In this document: positions 17,110 through 31,540 of the stretch, piece after piece
Layout: the number at the start of each line of letters is the position of its first letter
Position numbering within the stretch: the first letter of the stretch is position 1
NCBI RefSeq assembly: GCF_009914755.1
Contig: NC_060932.1
From: the human T2T-CHM13v2.0 reference genome, Homo sapiens
Reading direction: 5' to 3' (one strand)
Length of the DNA: 64,000 bases
Notes under the pieces: model-generated
Seen by the model: the letters and a program-made list of their open reading frames with translations, nothing else
Databases searched by the model: none
What the model was told of the DNA's origin: nothing
Made by a program: the position numbers and the translations under genes

Positions 17110-19230
17110 AAAGTTGAATTTCTGCTTTATATTCTATATAAAGATAATCAATACATAGTCTTATTTCTGGACTATTTATTTTGCCCCATTTGTTTTTCTT
17201 TTTGTCTGTTTCAAACCAGTTCTACTCTTCTATTGTTCTGTCTTTCTAATTTGTCTCAATACTTGATATTGAGTCACAGCTATTTGGATATTTTATTCCT
17301 CCATATAAACTTAAAAATGTTTTCAAAGTTCCCCTAAAAATTTCTACGGACTTTTAAAAAAACCTTGGTATTGTATTAAATTTAAATGTGGTATGTTTAT
17401 TCAGTTCTTCTTTTTTGATAGTTAAAAGTGCTTGAACAATTCCATATCACCAATACCTTGTCCCCTTTTTATTCATTTACCCTCATCTTATAGTTATTTG
17501 ATTTCTGTAATATGGTAGTATATTTATAAATTTGATTAACTCTTATTAGTTTCAATGGCTTGTTGTTTCAGTTTTTTTTCCTGTACATTACTATATCATC
17601 TTGACATGTCTTGCACCTTGCAATCATCATAATCCATACTTCTCTTTCTTCCTGCATTAAGATGTGTATTATCAGAGATATGGAAATTTTTATTTTGTTC
17701 TAGTTCTTAAAAGATAATGTAGTTAACCTTGGGTTTTTAGTAGATAAATTTATCAAGTCAAGGAAATTCCTTTCACTTAGTTTTCTGAGAATTTATTCAT
17801 GAATATGTATTGACCTTTATCAAATATTATTTTCTTCATCTATTGAGATAACTTTATGATTTTTCCTTTTAGTTTATTAATGCTGTGAATTTCATTAAGT
17901 TTGCTAATATTGAACAATCTTGGATTGTTTGACTATACTATACTAAATCATGATATATTATTTTTTTACAAGTAGATACAGTTATCTGATAATTTATATA
18001 CAGATTTGCGCATGTTTAAAAATATTCATAATTTTCTATTCTTCTATTGTTCATCTATTTTTGGATTTCAAGTTACACTAGCTTTATAAAATAAGTTGAG
18101 CTGCTTACCCTTTTCTTCTATTATTCTGGAACAACTTGTATGTGAAAAGGGATTATCTCTTCTTTATAGTTTGGTAGCACTCAACAGCAAAACCATGTTG
18201 GACCAAGGTTTGGTCATTTTTTGGAGGAGGTGTTCCTGATTCACATATGCAGTTCTTTAATGGTGATTCATCTAGTCAAGTATTATATTTCTTCTTGGGT
18301 TTATTTTGGCATATTATATTTTCCCCAGAAATATATCCATTTATGCTAGGTTTTCAAATGTCTTGACATATAGTTTTAATAATATTTTATTATCTTAAAA
18401 ATCTCTATTACATCTATAACTTATTGCTAGTAATTTTTTCCATGTTTTTAAAAGTAGTATTACTAGGGCCTTTTCTGTTTTATTAGTCTATTCAAAGAAT
18501 TACCACTTAGTTTTGTTAACTATTTAAAATAAGCTTTATGTAATTGTTTTCTGGCTCTGTCTTTGACTCAGTTATTTTATAGCTTTCTTATTTTTAAGTA
18601 GATTTAAAACTCTAAATACTCTTTTAACATAAGCTGTGATGCAACATTTGGTAGGTAGTGTTTTCATTGTCATTCAATTTGAAGTATATTATAATTTCTA
18701 CATTATTTCTTCTTTGTCCCAAGAGTACTTAGTTGTGTATTTTCATATTCCATATATATTTTATTTTTAAAGCTATTTGATTATAATAAATTTTTAATTT
18801 TATCATATTATTGTTAGAGAAAGTACCTTTATGCTATTAATTACTTGGTATTTGTTGAGGCTTCTTTTGTGTCATAGTTGTTCTAGTACTAGTTAGTTTT
18901 TACAAATGCTTCATATGTGCTAAATATACATTCTCTCTTTTTTTGTTGTTGGGTGTAAATGTCTCTATATAGCTATTAATTCAAAATAATTGATTATGTT
19001 ATTCGAATTTTTTATGTATTTATTTATTTTTGGTTGCTTTAAACTATTAATTTCTGAGAGAACTGGATTAAAATTTCCAGCTACAAATTTTTCTATCATT
19101 TTAAAATTATTTTCTATATTTTGAGACTATATTGTTAGGTGCATATATATTTAGATCTTTTTCTTTTTAATCTCTGATTCTTTGTCCTAGGATGTAATGT
19201 TCTTCTTTGCATGTGTGTGAGGGTGAAGGT
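17110..19230 (-). mobile_element. Ancient L1ME-like ORF2 relic, antisense
   Basis: ttatcaagtcaaggaaattccttt...gttttctgaga; ttcatctattgagataa; tttggtagcactcaacagcaaaacca; ttaatttctgagagaactggattaaaatttcc. Confidence 0.75.
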
Positions 19231-19590
19231 ATTTTTGTTATGATAAAAGATATAGAAATTTACAGATTCAGTTACACAAAGTAGGAAACCATACATCATA
19301 TCACTTCATAGAATGAAAATTTTGCTGGGCATATCAATTTTGGCATTTTCCTTCTTCTTTTTCTCTTTTAAAAAATCTGCTTACCTGACCACTTGTGCAT
19401 AATTCTGCCAATATATCTCTTCACAACAGGTTCCAAGTGACTGGTACAAAAGCTTCAATACTTTTCTTTTGAGCATTTATTCTGAGACTGGGTAAAGATT
19501 AATTTCCTGGGTACAGATATTTCCCACCAGAACATGCTTCTGGGTGCTTGAAGTCTAATCCATCTGCTGACTTAAGATTTTATGTTTCTG

Positions 19591-19897
<307 letters not shown>

Positions 19898-20204
19898 TTA
19901 TTTTATATTTCTGCATTATTTAAGCAATAGACTTAACTTGCAAAGATACTTATTTAAACCTATTAGGGTGGTGGGGAAATATACTATATCTAAACTGTAA
20001 AAAAAAAGGAAGCCTAAACTTTGAGAAATCATATGCCAATTACCAATTGACATTGTTAGTAATGAATTTATTTTTTAGAGCACACATGTTTCTTTTTTTT
20101 CCAACATTATGAATGAACTGCCTTTTGTAAAGCTAATTGGTTTCATTTGTATGGTCATTTCTGAGTCTTCAGGTTACTTAACCTATTAAAAGCTTTCATC
20201 AAAT

Positions 20205-20800
20205 GTGATTCATTCCTCCTCCTTGGAATACTTCCTCCAATTGTCTTCTAAGACAAAATTTTCTAATTTTTCTCAGACATTACTTCTTCTTAGTTCCCTT
20301 TTTCTGCTTCCTTTTTATCTTCCTGATCTGTAAAGGTTGAAGTGTCCCAGGGCTCAGTTTTTGTGTCTCTTCTTCTCCATTTACTCCAGCATGATACACA
20401 ATCTGATTAAGTGCTATGGTTTTAAATAACATTTATATGCTTATTACTCTTGAATTTATTTTTATTTGGTTTAAGCATATAAAATTTTTGACAACCATTT
20501 TTTGATATACAAATATGGTAATTTAATATGAGTAAATGTAAAAAACTATATATAATGTGCATATATATATATATATGCACTCTATATACATATTGATTTG
20601 AACTTCTAAAACATAGGATGTGCAATTAGCTAACTCCTAAATTCTTGTCCTCTAGTCTCCTCATAGAAATCTACTCATCTGATAGTACTTCCTGCATTCT
20701 ATGAATTCCCAATCTATCATCAAATTCTGTCAATTCTATCTGTAAAATATATCCCAAATCCAATCAATCTTGACCAGTCTTACTGCTCCCAATTTAGCTT
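20205..20800 (+). mobile_element. L2 fragments
   Basis: aaggttgaagtgtcccagggctcagt...tcttctccatttactc and catcaaattctgtcaattctatctgtaaaatatatccc are L2 ORF motifs. Confidence 0.6.
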
Positions 20801-20815
20801 TAAACTGTTGTGATA

Positions 20816-21003
20816 CATGAACATAGAGTGTGGAATGATGGAAAATGGACACTCAGAAAGGTGAAAGAGTGAAACGGATGATAAAAAATTACCAAATAGG
20901 TACAATGTATGTTATTTGGGTGATGGGTACTCTAAATCTTATTTTACTGGTGCACTATCTATGCATGTAACAAAATCACACTTGTACTCCATACATTTAT
21001 AAC
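20816..21003 (+). mobile_element. Short L1 3'-end insertion (L1PB/L1MA-like)
   Basis: L1 3'UTR motifs (ggtacaatgtatgttatttgggtgatggg, atgtaacaaaatcacacttgtac) between perfect 12-bp direct repeats actgttgtgata (20804-20815, 21007-21018). Confidence 0.85.
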
Positions 21004-21021
21004 TACACTGTTGTGATAGGC

Positions 21022-21513
21022 TGTATTAGTCAGGGTTCCCCAGAGAAACAGAACCAACAGGATATGTGTGTGTGTGTGTGTGTATCCTATATATCCCAAA
21101 ATACACATATATTTTTATTATGGGAATTGGCTCATGCAATCATAGAGGCCCAAAAGTCTAATGATACGCTGTCTGCAAGCTGGGCAACCAGGAAAACTGG
21201 TGGTATAATTCAGTCTGAGTCCAAAGGCCTAAGAACTCAGTGTTGGGGAGTGGTGTAAGTCCTGGAATCTGAAGTCTTGCGAACCAGGAGTTCCAACGTC
21301 TAAGGAAGGGGGATGAATGCTCCAGCTTAAGAAGAGAGAGAGAATTCACCCTTCCTCCATCTTTTTGTTCTATCTAGGTCTTCCAAGGATGGGATGATGC
21401 CTGCCCACATTATGGAGAGCAGATCTTCTTTACTTCGTCTACTGATTCAAATGTTAATCTCTTCCAGAAACACCCTTTTCACACATCCAGAACTAACGTT
21501 TCACCAGCTATCT
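21022..21513 (-). mobile_element. MLT2B-type ERVL LTR with internal (TG)n
   Basis: tgtattagtcagggttccccagagaaacagaaccaacagga...ggaattggctcatgcaatc...ctactgattcaaatgttaatctcttccagaaacacc. Confidence 0.85.
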
Positions 21514-21916
21514 AAAAAACCAATGCAGGAGCTTCCCTTCATTGGTCTTTTATTTGTATAACATGTTACTTGAAGAATGAGTCAACTCACTTGTGAAATG
21601 TTAGAAACCATGGCTCACTATTGGTGGTAACGTTTGGGTGAAGGGAAGCAGTAGGGCAGAAATTACTCATTTTTTCCTCAGAATATAACTTCTTTGCTAT
21701 AGTCACAGTGTGTTCTAAGTGGTCCACGGTACTTCTAGTAATGTGCTTTTCCATTTGATAAATATTGTAATTGCTGTACCTTCTCCTCCTTCCTTGGCAC
21801 ACATTCTTTGTGCAGCTTGGACTTACAATTTTAATGATACCACATTATACTGTACTAAAAACCATTTACCTTTATAAATAAACACTGAACTTAGCTAATG
21901 GACCAAGGTAATGTCC

Positions 21917-22183
21917 TTTTTTTTTTTTTTTTTTTGAGTCTCGCTTTGTTGCTCAGGCTGTACTGCCTCCCGAGTTCAAGCAATTCTCCTGCCTCAGCCT
22001 CATGAGTAGCTGAGACAGGAGTGCGCCACTACGCCCGGCTGATTTTTTTTTTTTTTTTTTTTTAGTAGAGATGGATTTTTGCCATGTTGGCCAGGCTAGT
22101 CTCGAACTCCTGACCTCAAGTGATCCTCCTGCCTTGACCTCCCAAAGTACTGGGATTATGGGTGTGAGCTACCGTGCCCAGCC
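21917..22183 (-). mobile_element. AluS with internal right-arm deletion
   Basis: Antisense Alu; caggctgt joins actgcctcc with the gagtgcagtggcgcgatctcggctc segment missing; TSD gtaatgtc. Confidence 0.92.
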
Positions 22184-23212
22184 CAATGTAATGTCTTGAC
22201 TCTTCTTCCCTTCGAATGAGTTTCTCTTCAAACAGTATAATGCCTGTGAAGCTAAGCAGGAGTCATTATCCCCAGATTTCTGGGCCACTCCTCAATCCCA
22301 AGAGGCCCAGACATGTTTCTCTTACCATCAGTCCCCTGAAATTCTCATGAAAATAAAACCAGTAGGTCTGCCTTCCTCACCTGCCTGCTAAGATAAACCT
22401 GGAATACTCTTCAAATATTACTAGAAATCGCTTAAAAAATTGAAATGATATGCAAATTTTTACTTTAGACAAAATGAATAAAGATCAGTTGCTGTTATGT
22501 TTGGAAGAAAAAATGGGCCATATTATTGTGTAAGTTTATTGGGGGCTATGCATCATTTCCAAATTCAGGAAGTCATGGTTTCCTGCTAGTACAGACTAAA
22601 AAGCAGTAGCTGAATGGATTGGTAGAGCTAATTAAGTCATTTAAAATTATTGTTTCCACTTCTTTCAATAAAGGATATATTTATTTTCTTTGTAATATTT
22701 AAACACAGCAGTTATAATTTAAATAAACAAGTAAAAGAATGCACAGACTTATTCACAAAGCAAGCTCACTGTTCTATATTTAAAAACTTTTTAGCCGCAT
22801 TCAATGAATTCCGGTGGGATTTGGTGAGTTTATTTTCTTTTCGGTTTTAATTAGGAAACCCTACTGCATTTGTAGGTAGCTATGCTAGAGGAATAGTTAT
22901 GTTTTTATTTGATTATATTTGATGTTAGTGATTTTTTATTTAATGAAATTTTAGTGATGTTATTTTGTCAGTTGGATTTTGTTTTTAAAGAGCGGAGCAG
23001 GCCGCTGCCACCAGCACAGCGGTGCTGGAGCCTAGAGGAGACCTGGGCCACCACTTCGCCTCCCCTGTATCTCACTGCCAGTCGCCTCTGTCCTGGGACC
23101 TGTTCCAACAATCTGTTAAAACATGGTGGATTACTATGAAGTTCTGGGCTTGCAGAGACATGCCTCAACTGAGGATATTAGAAAGGCATATCGAAAACTG
23201 GCACTGAAGTAA

Positions 23213-23335
<123 letters not shown>

Positions 23336-23680
23336 TAGTTGGCGGAGAGGAGGTGGAAGTCATTTTGACAGTTCCGTGAGTTTGGCTTCACATTCTGTAA
23401 CCCAGGTGATGTCTTCAGGGAAGTTTTTGGTGGAAGTTTTTGACTTCTTTGGATTTACTTCATTCAGGTCATGGGGGTCTCACTTCATTCTCTTCCACCT
23501 CATTTGGTGGTACTGGGATGGGTAACTTTAAATCTCTATCAACTTCTACTAAAATGGTTGGCAGGAAAATTACTACAAAGAGGATTGTCGAGGATTGTCA
23601 AGAAGGAATAGATGTTGAAAAAGACAGCTAGTTAAAGTCCTAAACGATAAAAGGTAAGAAGCAGCTTCTGGCTTGGGTAA

Positions 23681-24066
<386 letters not shown>

Positions 24067-24403
24067 AACAGGAACTTTTTTTTAAAGATTTCAAACAAAC
24101 ACTACTTTCAGTTTAATTGTACCTAATCTAAAGTATTTACAAACAGCTCAACAGAGCCCCTATTTGTCATAGACTTTTGAGTTTATCGTTGGGACCTTTT
24201 TTTGTCTTTAAAATTGTTGAAATCTCTGTGTGCACTTTGCCTTTTTATTAAACGTACTCCAAGGTGAGACTTTACCATTTTGTAGTAGGATGAGATTGCA
24301 TACTAACACCAGCATGGATTTGCTTTCCCGTTGTATCTGAAATGTGAGCCTCCTAGTATTGTCCTGCTGTGAAGTTAACATTGACAGGATGAATCTTCTA
24401 CAG

Positions 24404-24930
24404 CAACAGGCTTCAACCTTTTTGGCACCAGGGGCCGGTTTCATGGAAGACAATTTCTCCACGGTTGGAGTGGGGGTTGGGGATGGTTTGGGGATGATTC
24501 AAGCACATTACATTTATTGTGTACTTTATTTCTATGATTATTATTGTTACACTGTAATATATAATGAAATAATTATACGACTCATCTTAATGTAGAATCA
24601 GGGGGAGCCCTGAGCTTGTGTTCCTGAAGTCCCATTTGGGAGTGATGGGAGACAGTGACAGATCATCAGGCATTAGCTTCTCATAAGAAGCATGATGCCT
24701 AGATCCCTCACATGTGCAGTTCACAGTAGGGTCCACGTTCCTATGAGAATCTAATACTGCACTGATCTGACAGGAGATGGAACTCAGGAGATATTGCCAG
24801 CAATGGGGAATGGCTGTAAATACAGATGATGCTTTGCTGGCTTGCCCACTGCTCACCTCCTGCTGTGTGACCCAGTTCCTGCAGGCCACAGACTGCTACA
24901 GGTCAGTGGCCCGAGAGTTGGGGACCCCTG
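24404..24930. mobile_element. MER1A (hAT-Charlie MITE), full length, inserted in the pseudogene 3'UTR
   Basis: caacctttttggcaccaggggccggtttcatggaagacaattt start, gttggggacccctg end, 527 bp; 8-bp TSD ttctacag (24396-24403) / ttgtacag (24931-24938). Confidence 0.9.
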
Positions 24931-25124
24931 TTGTACAGAAATAACTTCAATTTTTTTTTCAGTATTTAGTAGTGAAAGATATTAATTAAATAATGGTAAT
25001 ACATTTCTGGTTTAATATAAATTAAGAATGTTTTCCAGTTGTGCATGAATGCTGGCAACTTGATACGTTTTGACAATTGTTTAAATATGTAATGTTAAGC
25101 TTAGGTTTAAAAAAGTATAGCTGT

Positions 25125-25432
25125 GGCCAGGCACGGTGGCTCACGCCTGTAATCCCAGCACTCTGGGAGGCCGAAGCGGGCGGATCACCTGAGGTCAGGA
25201 GTTCAAGACCAGCCTGGCCAATATGGTGAAACCCCGTCTCTACTAAAAATTTAAAAAATTAGCTGGGCATGGTGGTGTGTGCCTGTAGTTCTAGCTACTC
25301 AGGAGGCTGAGGCTGGATAATTGCTTGAACCTGGGAGGTGGATGTTGCAGTGAGCCGAGATCACGCCACTGCCGTACAGCCTGGGGGAGAGAGTGGGACT
25401 CTGTCTCAAACAAAACAAAACAAAACAAAAAA
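25125..25432 (+). mobile_element. AluSx-like, inserted in the pseudogene 3'UTR
   Basis: Full Alu with (CAAAA)n tail; TSD aaaaaag[tat/gaa]agctg. Confidence 0.95.
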
Positions 25433-26576
25433 GGAAAGCTGGTAAGCTGGGTCTTTGTGATTTGCTTAAAAAAATAAAAAAGAAAGAAAATTGATGTGAA
25501 TGTGTTTGGTGCATTCTTTCCTGAGTGGAAGAAAAAAAAAGAATGGAGCAAATGAAACCAAATATTTACTTAAAGTCATTTTGAATATTGTGCAAGTATG
25601 TACTTATTGAGAAAGTTGAACTTTCTCTAAGATAAATCCCCTCCAATGTCTACATTTTAACTGCAGATTAGTTTGAGATTGGGGCCTTGTGAAACAAAAT
25701 AAGTATTCAGAAAAACTTTCTTTTATTTGTGGTGGTGAGCAGAGGCAAGAAGGAGGGGAAAGGCCTGCAGTAGATGAACCATCCCCTGAGATTTTCTAGG
25801 AGAGGCCACTAAGAATTTTCTTTGGATTTTTCAAGTGTAAGGATGTATCTGAATCACTTCATCAGCTCATTCTCTACCATCATAGCCAAGAATGAAAAGA
25901 CATTGTCAGCAGCCTGGAGTCAGCCATGAAACCGAAGCTCCTCAGGGATGGGTGGCAATACCAGGGTCCCAACAAAAACTTTGTTCCTGGGTAGTTCTCC
26001 TCCTTCCTGCAGTTATTAACTCAGGACTTCTTCCTCAACAACTTCTTAAGAGATGATAAATGCATCCCTGGTCTTGTATCTTTCATCCTGAAGTGCACAA
26101 TGATTGCCTAAGACAAACACTTCATGAACTGTCTCTTCTTGAACTCTCTCATTTCTGCCCTGCTTTTCAGAGTTGACTGATCACTTTCTCTACTTCCCCA
26201 CACCCTGTTTTCACTTTTACCTCTGTCCCATTTTACCCTTTGAGGCCACCATTCCATTATTAAAAGCATTCTGAGATATTGACCCTTCCATTCTCTTCTT
26301 TCATTTCCTTGGTTTACCCTAAACTTAGAATCCTCAGATTCTGGAGCTATAAGGGATCTTAAGGGTTAATTTGCTTCACTGTCTTATAGATGAATAAAGT
26401 CCAGAGAAATTAACTGTTCAAGGTTATGTAGCTCCATACGAACACTACTAGGAGTATTTTCACTACATATCTCTCAAGTTTGTTAATATTGTTATTATTT
26501 TTAGTAATAATTTATATCTTATTTGTTGGCATCATATAATATAGTAGAAATAAATTTGATGTTGATGTGAAAAAAG

Positions 26577-26830
26577 TTATTTATTTATTGAACATGTACT
26601 ATGTGTCAAAAATTGTTCTACATACTGGAAATTCAGTTGTGAATAAAGTAGGAAAAAACCTTCAACATTCATGGACTTTGCATGGTGGAAAATAGATTCT
26701 AAATGGATGCACAAGTAAAATATATAATGGTTGTCATGGTGCTGCAAATTTAAGTAGGGGGTTGGGGGAGACATGAAACCAAGGCTTTGGAAGTGAGGAA
26801 AGTGAATATGCTGGACCCAAATCAAAGAAC
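26577..26830 (-). mobile_element. L2 3' end
   Basis: tatttattgaacatgtactatgtgtca...atactggaaattcagttgtgaataa is an antisense L2 tail. Confidence 0.7.
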
Positions 26831-27069
26831 CAGAGGCCTTTCTTGATTGATTTAATTTTTGCTAATGAAGGATTGCCAATTATAATTCTTCTGAAGTCTT
26901 TTTTTTCTTCCTTCTGATAGGAACACTGTAAAGTTATTTGGTAGAAAGTAATGTAATGAAAGGGTGATTTTGCCCTGGCTGCCACCCTCATTACTTTCAT
27001 TTATTTTTGTTAATCTCACTCCTCAAAGAGGCATGATTCACCATTGATACAGCAGTCACAAGCTAAGTT

Positions 27070-27085
27070 AATTGAAATCGAAACT
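27070..27085 (+). promoter_or_regulatory. Consensus ISRE/IRF-binding motif (sequence match only)
   Basis: AATTGAAATCGAAACT; reverse complement AGTTTCGATTTC matches AGTTTCNNTTTC. Confidence 0.4.
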
Positions 27086-27529
27086 TGAATTTCTTCATTT
27101 TCAAGAACTGAGTTTCTCACTCGAAGGCAAAAGATGATTAATCGAGGCTTCATGTAAGAGAAAAAACATGGTGCAGGGGCAGCCTGGAGCTGCCAGGGCT
27201 TCAGCTCAAATACCCATGATATGGACATTCACAGAAGAGGGCGACAGCCTGGAGACTGAAGAGGGAATTGGCACAGAAAACAGAGGAATAAGTGCTGACA
27301 CATTGTCTCTGTTTTTTCCTAACCCAGTGAACTAGGAACTCACTGTACACTATTTTAAAACTGAGGAGGATGGGCAGTCTTTAATTATATGGGAGTGATT
27401 AAATAAGAAAATAGTATTTCTCAATAATTTTTCTTAACTTATGCTTGTGCATACATACCATAGCAGGGGAAAAATATATACAATAAATTTCCCCTTGTGT
27501 TTTTCCTGCTTCTCCTACAATTTCTCCTT

Positions 27530-28097
27530 CCTTTCCCAATTCCCTTCTTCTTCCCGCTCTTAGTGTTGGTGTTGCTTAGGGTTCCATCCTTTAATCACTG
27601 CTGTCCTTCCTTAGCTTCTATCCGTGGGTAGGCCTGCCCATTTGTAGGGCTTTAGTTGTCACCTTAATGATGACACCCCAATGTCTCTCTTCATACCTCA
27701 CCTCTACGGTAACTAGAAGTAATATTTCATCCTCAGATCATAGGGATGCCTCGAATGTCTTAGGTATGGAAACAAACCAAACACCTTTGCTCTAAAAATT
27801 TGCTCAACCTTTTGAATCTCCATTTCACTATCCATCCTATCTCCCCAGCCAGACACTTGACTCGTTTTTGATTGATCCCTTTTTATTATCAATAAATTGC
27901 TGATACTTCCAGTCATATGTCTCAATATTCCTTTCTGTCTGTTCTTGCTTTCCATACTTATAGATATATTCTCATTTAGAGTCTCATCTCATCTTTCTCC
28001 TCCCTTAACCCACTCACATCCTCCACATTTCTGGAGAGATCTTTGAAAATGCAAGTCTGACCCTGCTAATATCCTGCTATGATCACTTCCCAAAATT
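27530..28097 (+). mobile_element. L2 fragment
   Basis: tgttggtgttgcttagggttccatcctt...atgatgacacccc...gatctttgaaaatgcaagtctga are L2 motifs. Confidence 0.6.
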
Positions 28098-28107
28098 GAC
28101 AATATCC

Positions 28108-28613
<506 letters not shown>

Positions 28614-28750
28614 TAGAGTGACTAAAAGTAGAGGGCATTTAAGTCTCAGGTATGATCTGAACTAAATTAATTCTCAGACTTCTCCCAAAACCACTTTGGA
28701 TTGTTTTATTTGGTGAAATCCTACTTATATTCTAGGCTCAGCTTAAATGA

Positions 28751-29295
<545 letters not shown>

Positions 29296-29319
29296 TTAGA
29301 AAGAAGTAGATCTTTGGTC

Positions 29320-29502
29320 TAGAGGTTCTAGGAGAAATTCACATCGAAGGTCGGTCATTCAGCTTGCTGGGAGAATTCAGTCCTTGTGGTTGTATGATTG
29401 TGGTCCTTGTTTCCTTCCTGGCCGTCAGTAAGGGACTTTTCTCAGCATCCGAGAAGCTTCCCACATTTCTTCCTACGTGGCCCCATCCATCTTCAAGCCA
29501 GA
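29320..29502 (-). mobile_element. MLT1-type MaLR LTR fragment
   Basis: gaggttctaggagaa...agaattcagtccttgtggttgta...tggccccatccatcttcaagccag. Confidence 0.65.
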
Positions 29503-29639
29503 TTTATATATACATAACATGTATATCACCTCATATATTATATTTATTATATTATGTATATGTATGTGTCATTAAGTGACAATGTCACACACACATTATA
29601 TATACAATATCTATTATATATATGACACACACATACATT

Positions 29640-30811
29640 TTATATTACTTAACAATGAGGATACATTCTGACAAATATGCTGTTAGGTGATTTCATCATC
29701 ATGCAAACACCATGGAGTATACTTACACAAGCATAGATGGTATAGCCTACTACACATCTAGGCTATATGGTATAGCCTGCTGCCTCTAGGCTACGTGTAC
29801 TGCCTCTATGCTGTACAGCATGTTACTGTACTGAATACTGCAGGCAATTGTAACACAGTGGTATTTTGTGTATCTATACATATCTAAACATAGAACTGGT
29901 ACAGTAAAAATATGATATAAAAGATAAAAATAATACACGTGTATAGGGCATTTAGAATGGAGTTTGCAGGACTGGAAGTTGCTCTAGCTGAGTCAGTGAA
30001 TGAGTTGTGAGTCTACACAATTGTTGACTTTATAAACACTGTATACTTGGGCTACATTAAATTTACAAAAACAGTTTTTCAATAATAAATTAGCTTACTG
30101 TAACTTTTTTACTTTATAAACTTACATTTTTTAACTTTTGACTTGTGATAGCTTAAAACACAAACATTTCACAGTTATAAAGATTATTTTCTTTATATCT
30201 GTAGTTTATAAACTTTTTCCTATTTTGAAAAGTTTTTATTTTCATTTTTACTTTTAAACGTTTTTGTTAAAAGCTGAGACACAAACACACACATTAGCCT
30301 AGACCCACATAGGGTCAGGATCATCAATATCACTGTCTCCCACTTCCATATCTTGCCCCACTGGAAGGTCTTTAGGGACAATAACACACATGGAGCTGTT
30401 GTTTTCTATGGTAACACTGCCTTCTTCTCGAATACCTCTGAGGAGCTTCCCGAAGCTGTTTTACAGTTAACTTTATTTTTTACCAAGTAGAAGGAGCACA
30501 CTCTAAAACAGCAATACAAACAATATTATAGTAAATACATAAGCCAGTAATATGGTGGTTTATTATCATTATCAAGTATTATGTACTGTACATAATTGTG
30601 TGTGCTAGACTTTTATATGACTGGCAGCACAGTAGGTTTGTTTACACCAGCATCATCACAAATACCTGAATAATGTGTTGTTCTATGATGTTACGATGGC
30701 TATGACATCACTAGGTGATAAGAATTTTTCAGCTCCATTATAATCTTATCAGGCTACTATCATATATGCAGCCTGTCATTGACTGAAATGCTGTTATGTG
30801 GCATATGACTG
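29640..30811. mobile_element. Tigger3 (Tigger3b/MER7-type) DNA transposon fossil
   Basis: cttaacaatgaggatacattctg...gatggtatagcctactacacatctaggctatatggtatagcct...; right TIR gttatgtggcatatgactg followed by TA; sits in TA-rich repeat. Confidence 0.85.
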
Positions 30812-30859
30812 TAGATAGATAGATATGCACAAACATACAGATGTATATATACACATATA

Positions 30860-31325
30860 TAATTATATATACACACATACACATGTATATAAAGAGATTT
30901 ATTATAAGAAATCGACTCACACAATTATGGCGGTGACCAAGTCCCAGGATCTGCAGAGTAAATTGGCAAGCAAGAGATCCACGAATGTGGATGGTTTATC
31001 TCAGTCCAAGGCTAGAGCCTGAGAACTAGGAGAGCAAATGGTATAGTTCCTGGCCAAAGACTGGAAGGCTTGGTACCAGAAAAGTCAATGTTGCCACTTG
31101 AAGGCTGTTAGACAGGAAGCATTCTCTCTTACTCAGGGAAGGATGATTTTATTCGTTCTATTCAAGGCTTTAATTGATTGGATGAGACTCACCCATATCA
31201 GGGAGCACAATCTGCTTTTCTCAGTCTATTGATTTAGGTGTTAATCTCATCCAAAACATCCTCACAAAAAGATCCAGAATAATGTTTGACCAAATATTTG
31301 GGCCTCTGTGGCACAAACAAATCAC
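30860..31325 (-). mobile_element. MLT2B-type ERVL LTR (partial)
   Basis: gagatttattataagaaatcgactcacacaattatgg...aagtcccaggatctgcag...gttaatctcatccaaaaca...cagaataatgtttgaccaaatat. Confidence 0.85.
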
Positions 31326-31540
31326 ATTTCATTTATTGAACATTTATTCTATGACTGCTTACTACTCTAATTCATTTAATCTTTACAAGTTACCTTATGG
31401 GCGGGTCCTACTCCCAGCAGGATTTTCTATATGAAGATGTGAAGAAGAGAGAGAGAGACATTAAGAAAAATTCCCAGTGACTCACAAACAGTAAATAGCA
31501 GACCCAGGCCTTTAATCCAGCTGCACTTCTCAGACTCAGC
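31326..31540 (-). mobile_element. MIR
   Basis: catttattgaacattta...tcatttaatctttacaa...cacaaacagtaaatagcagaccc. Confidence 0.65.
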
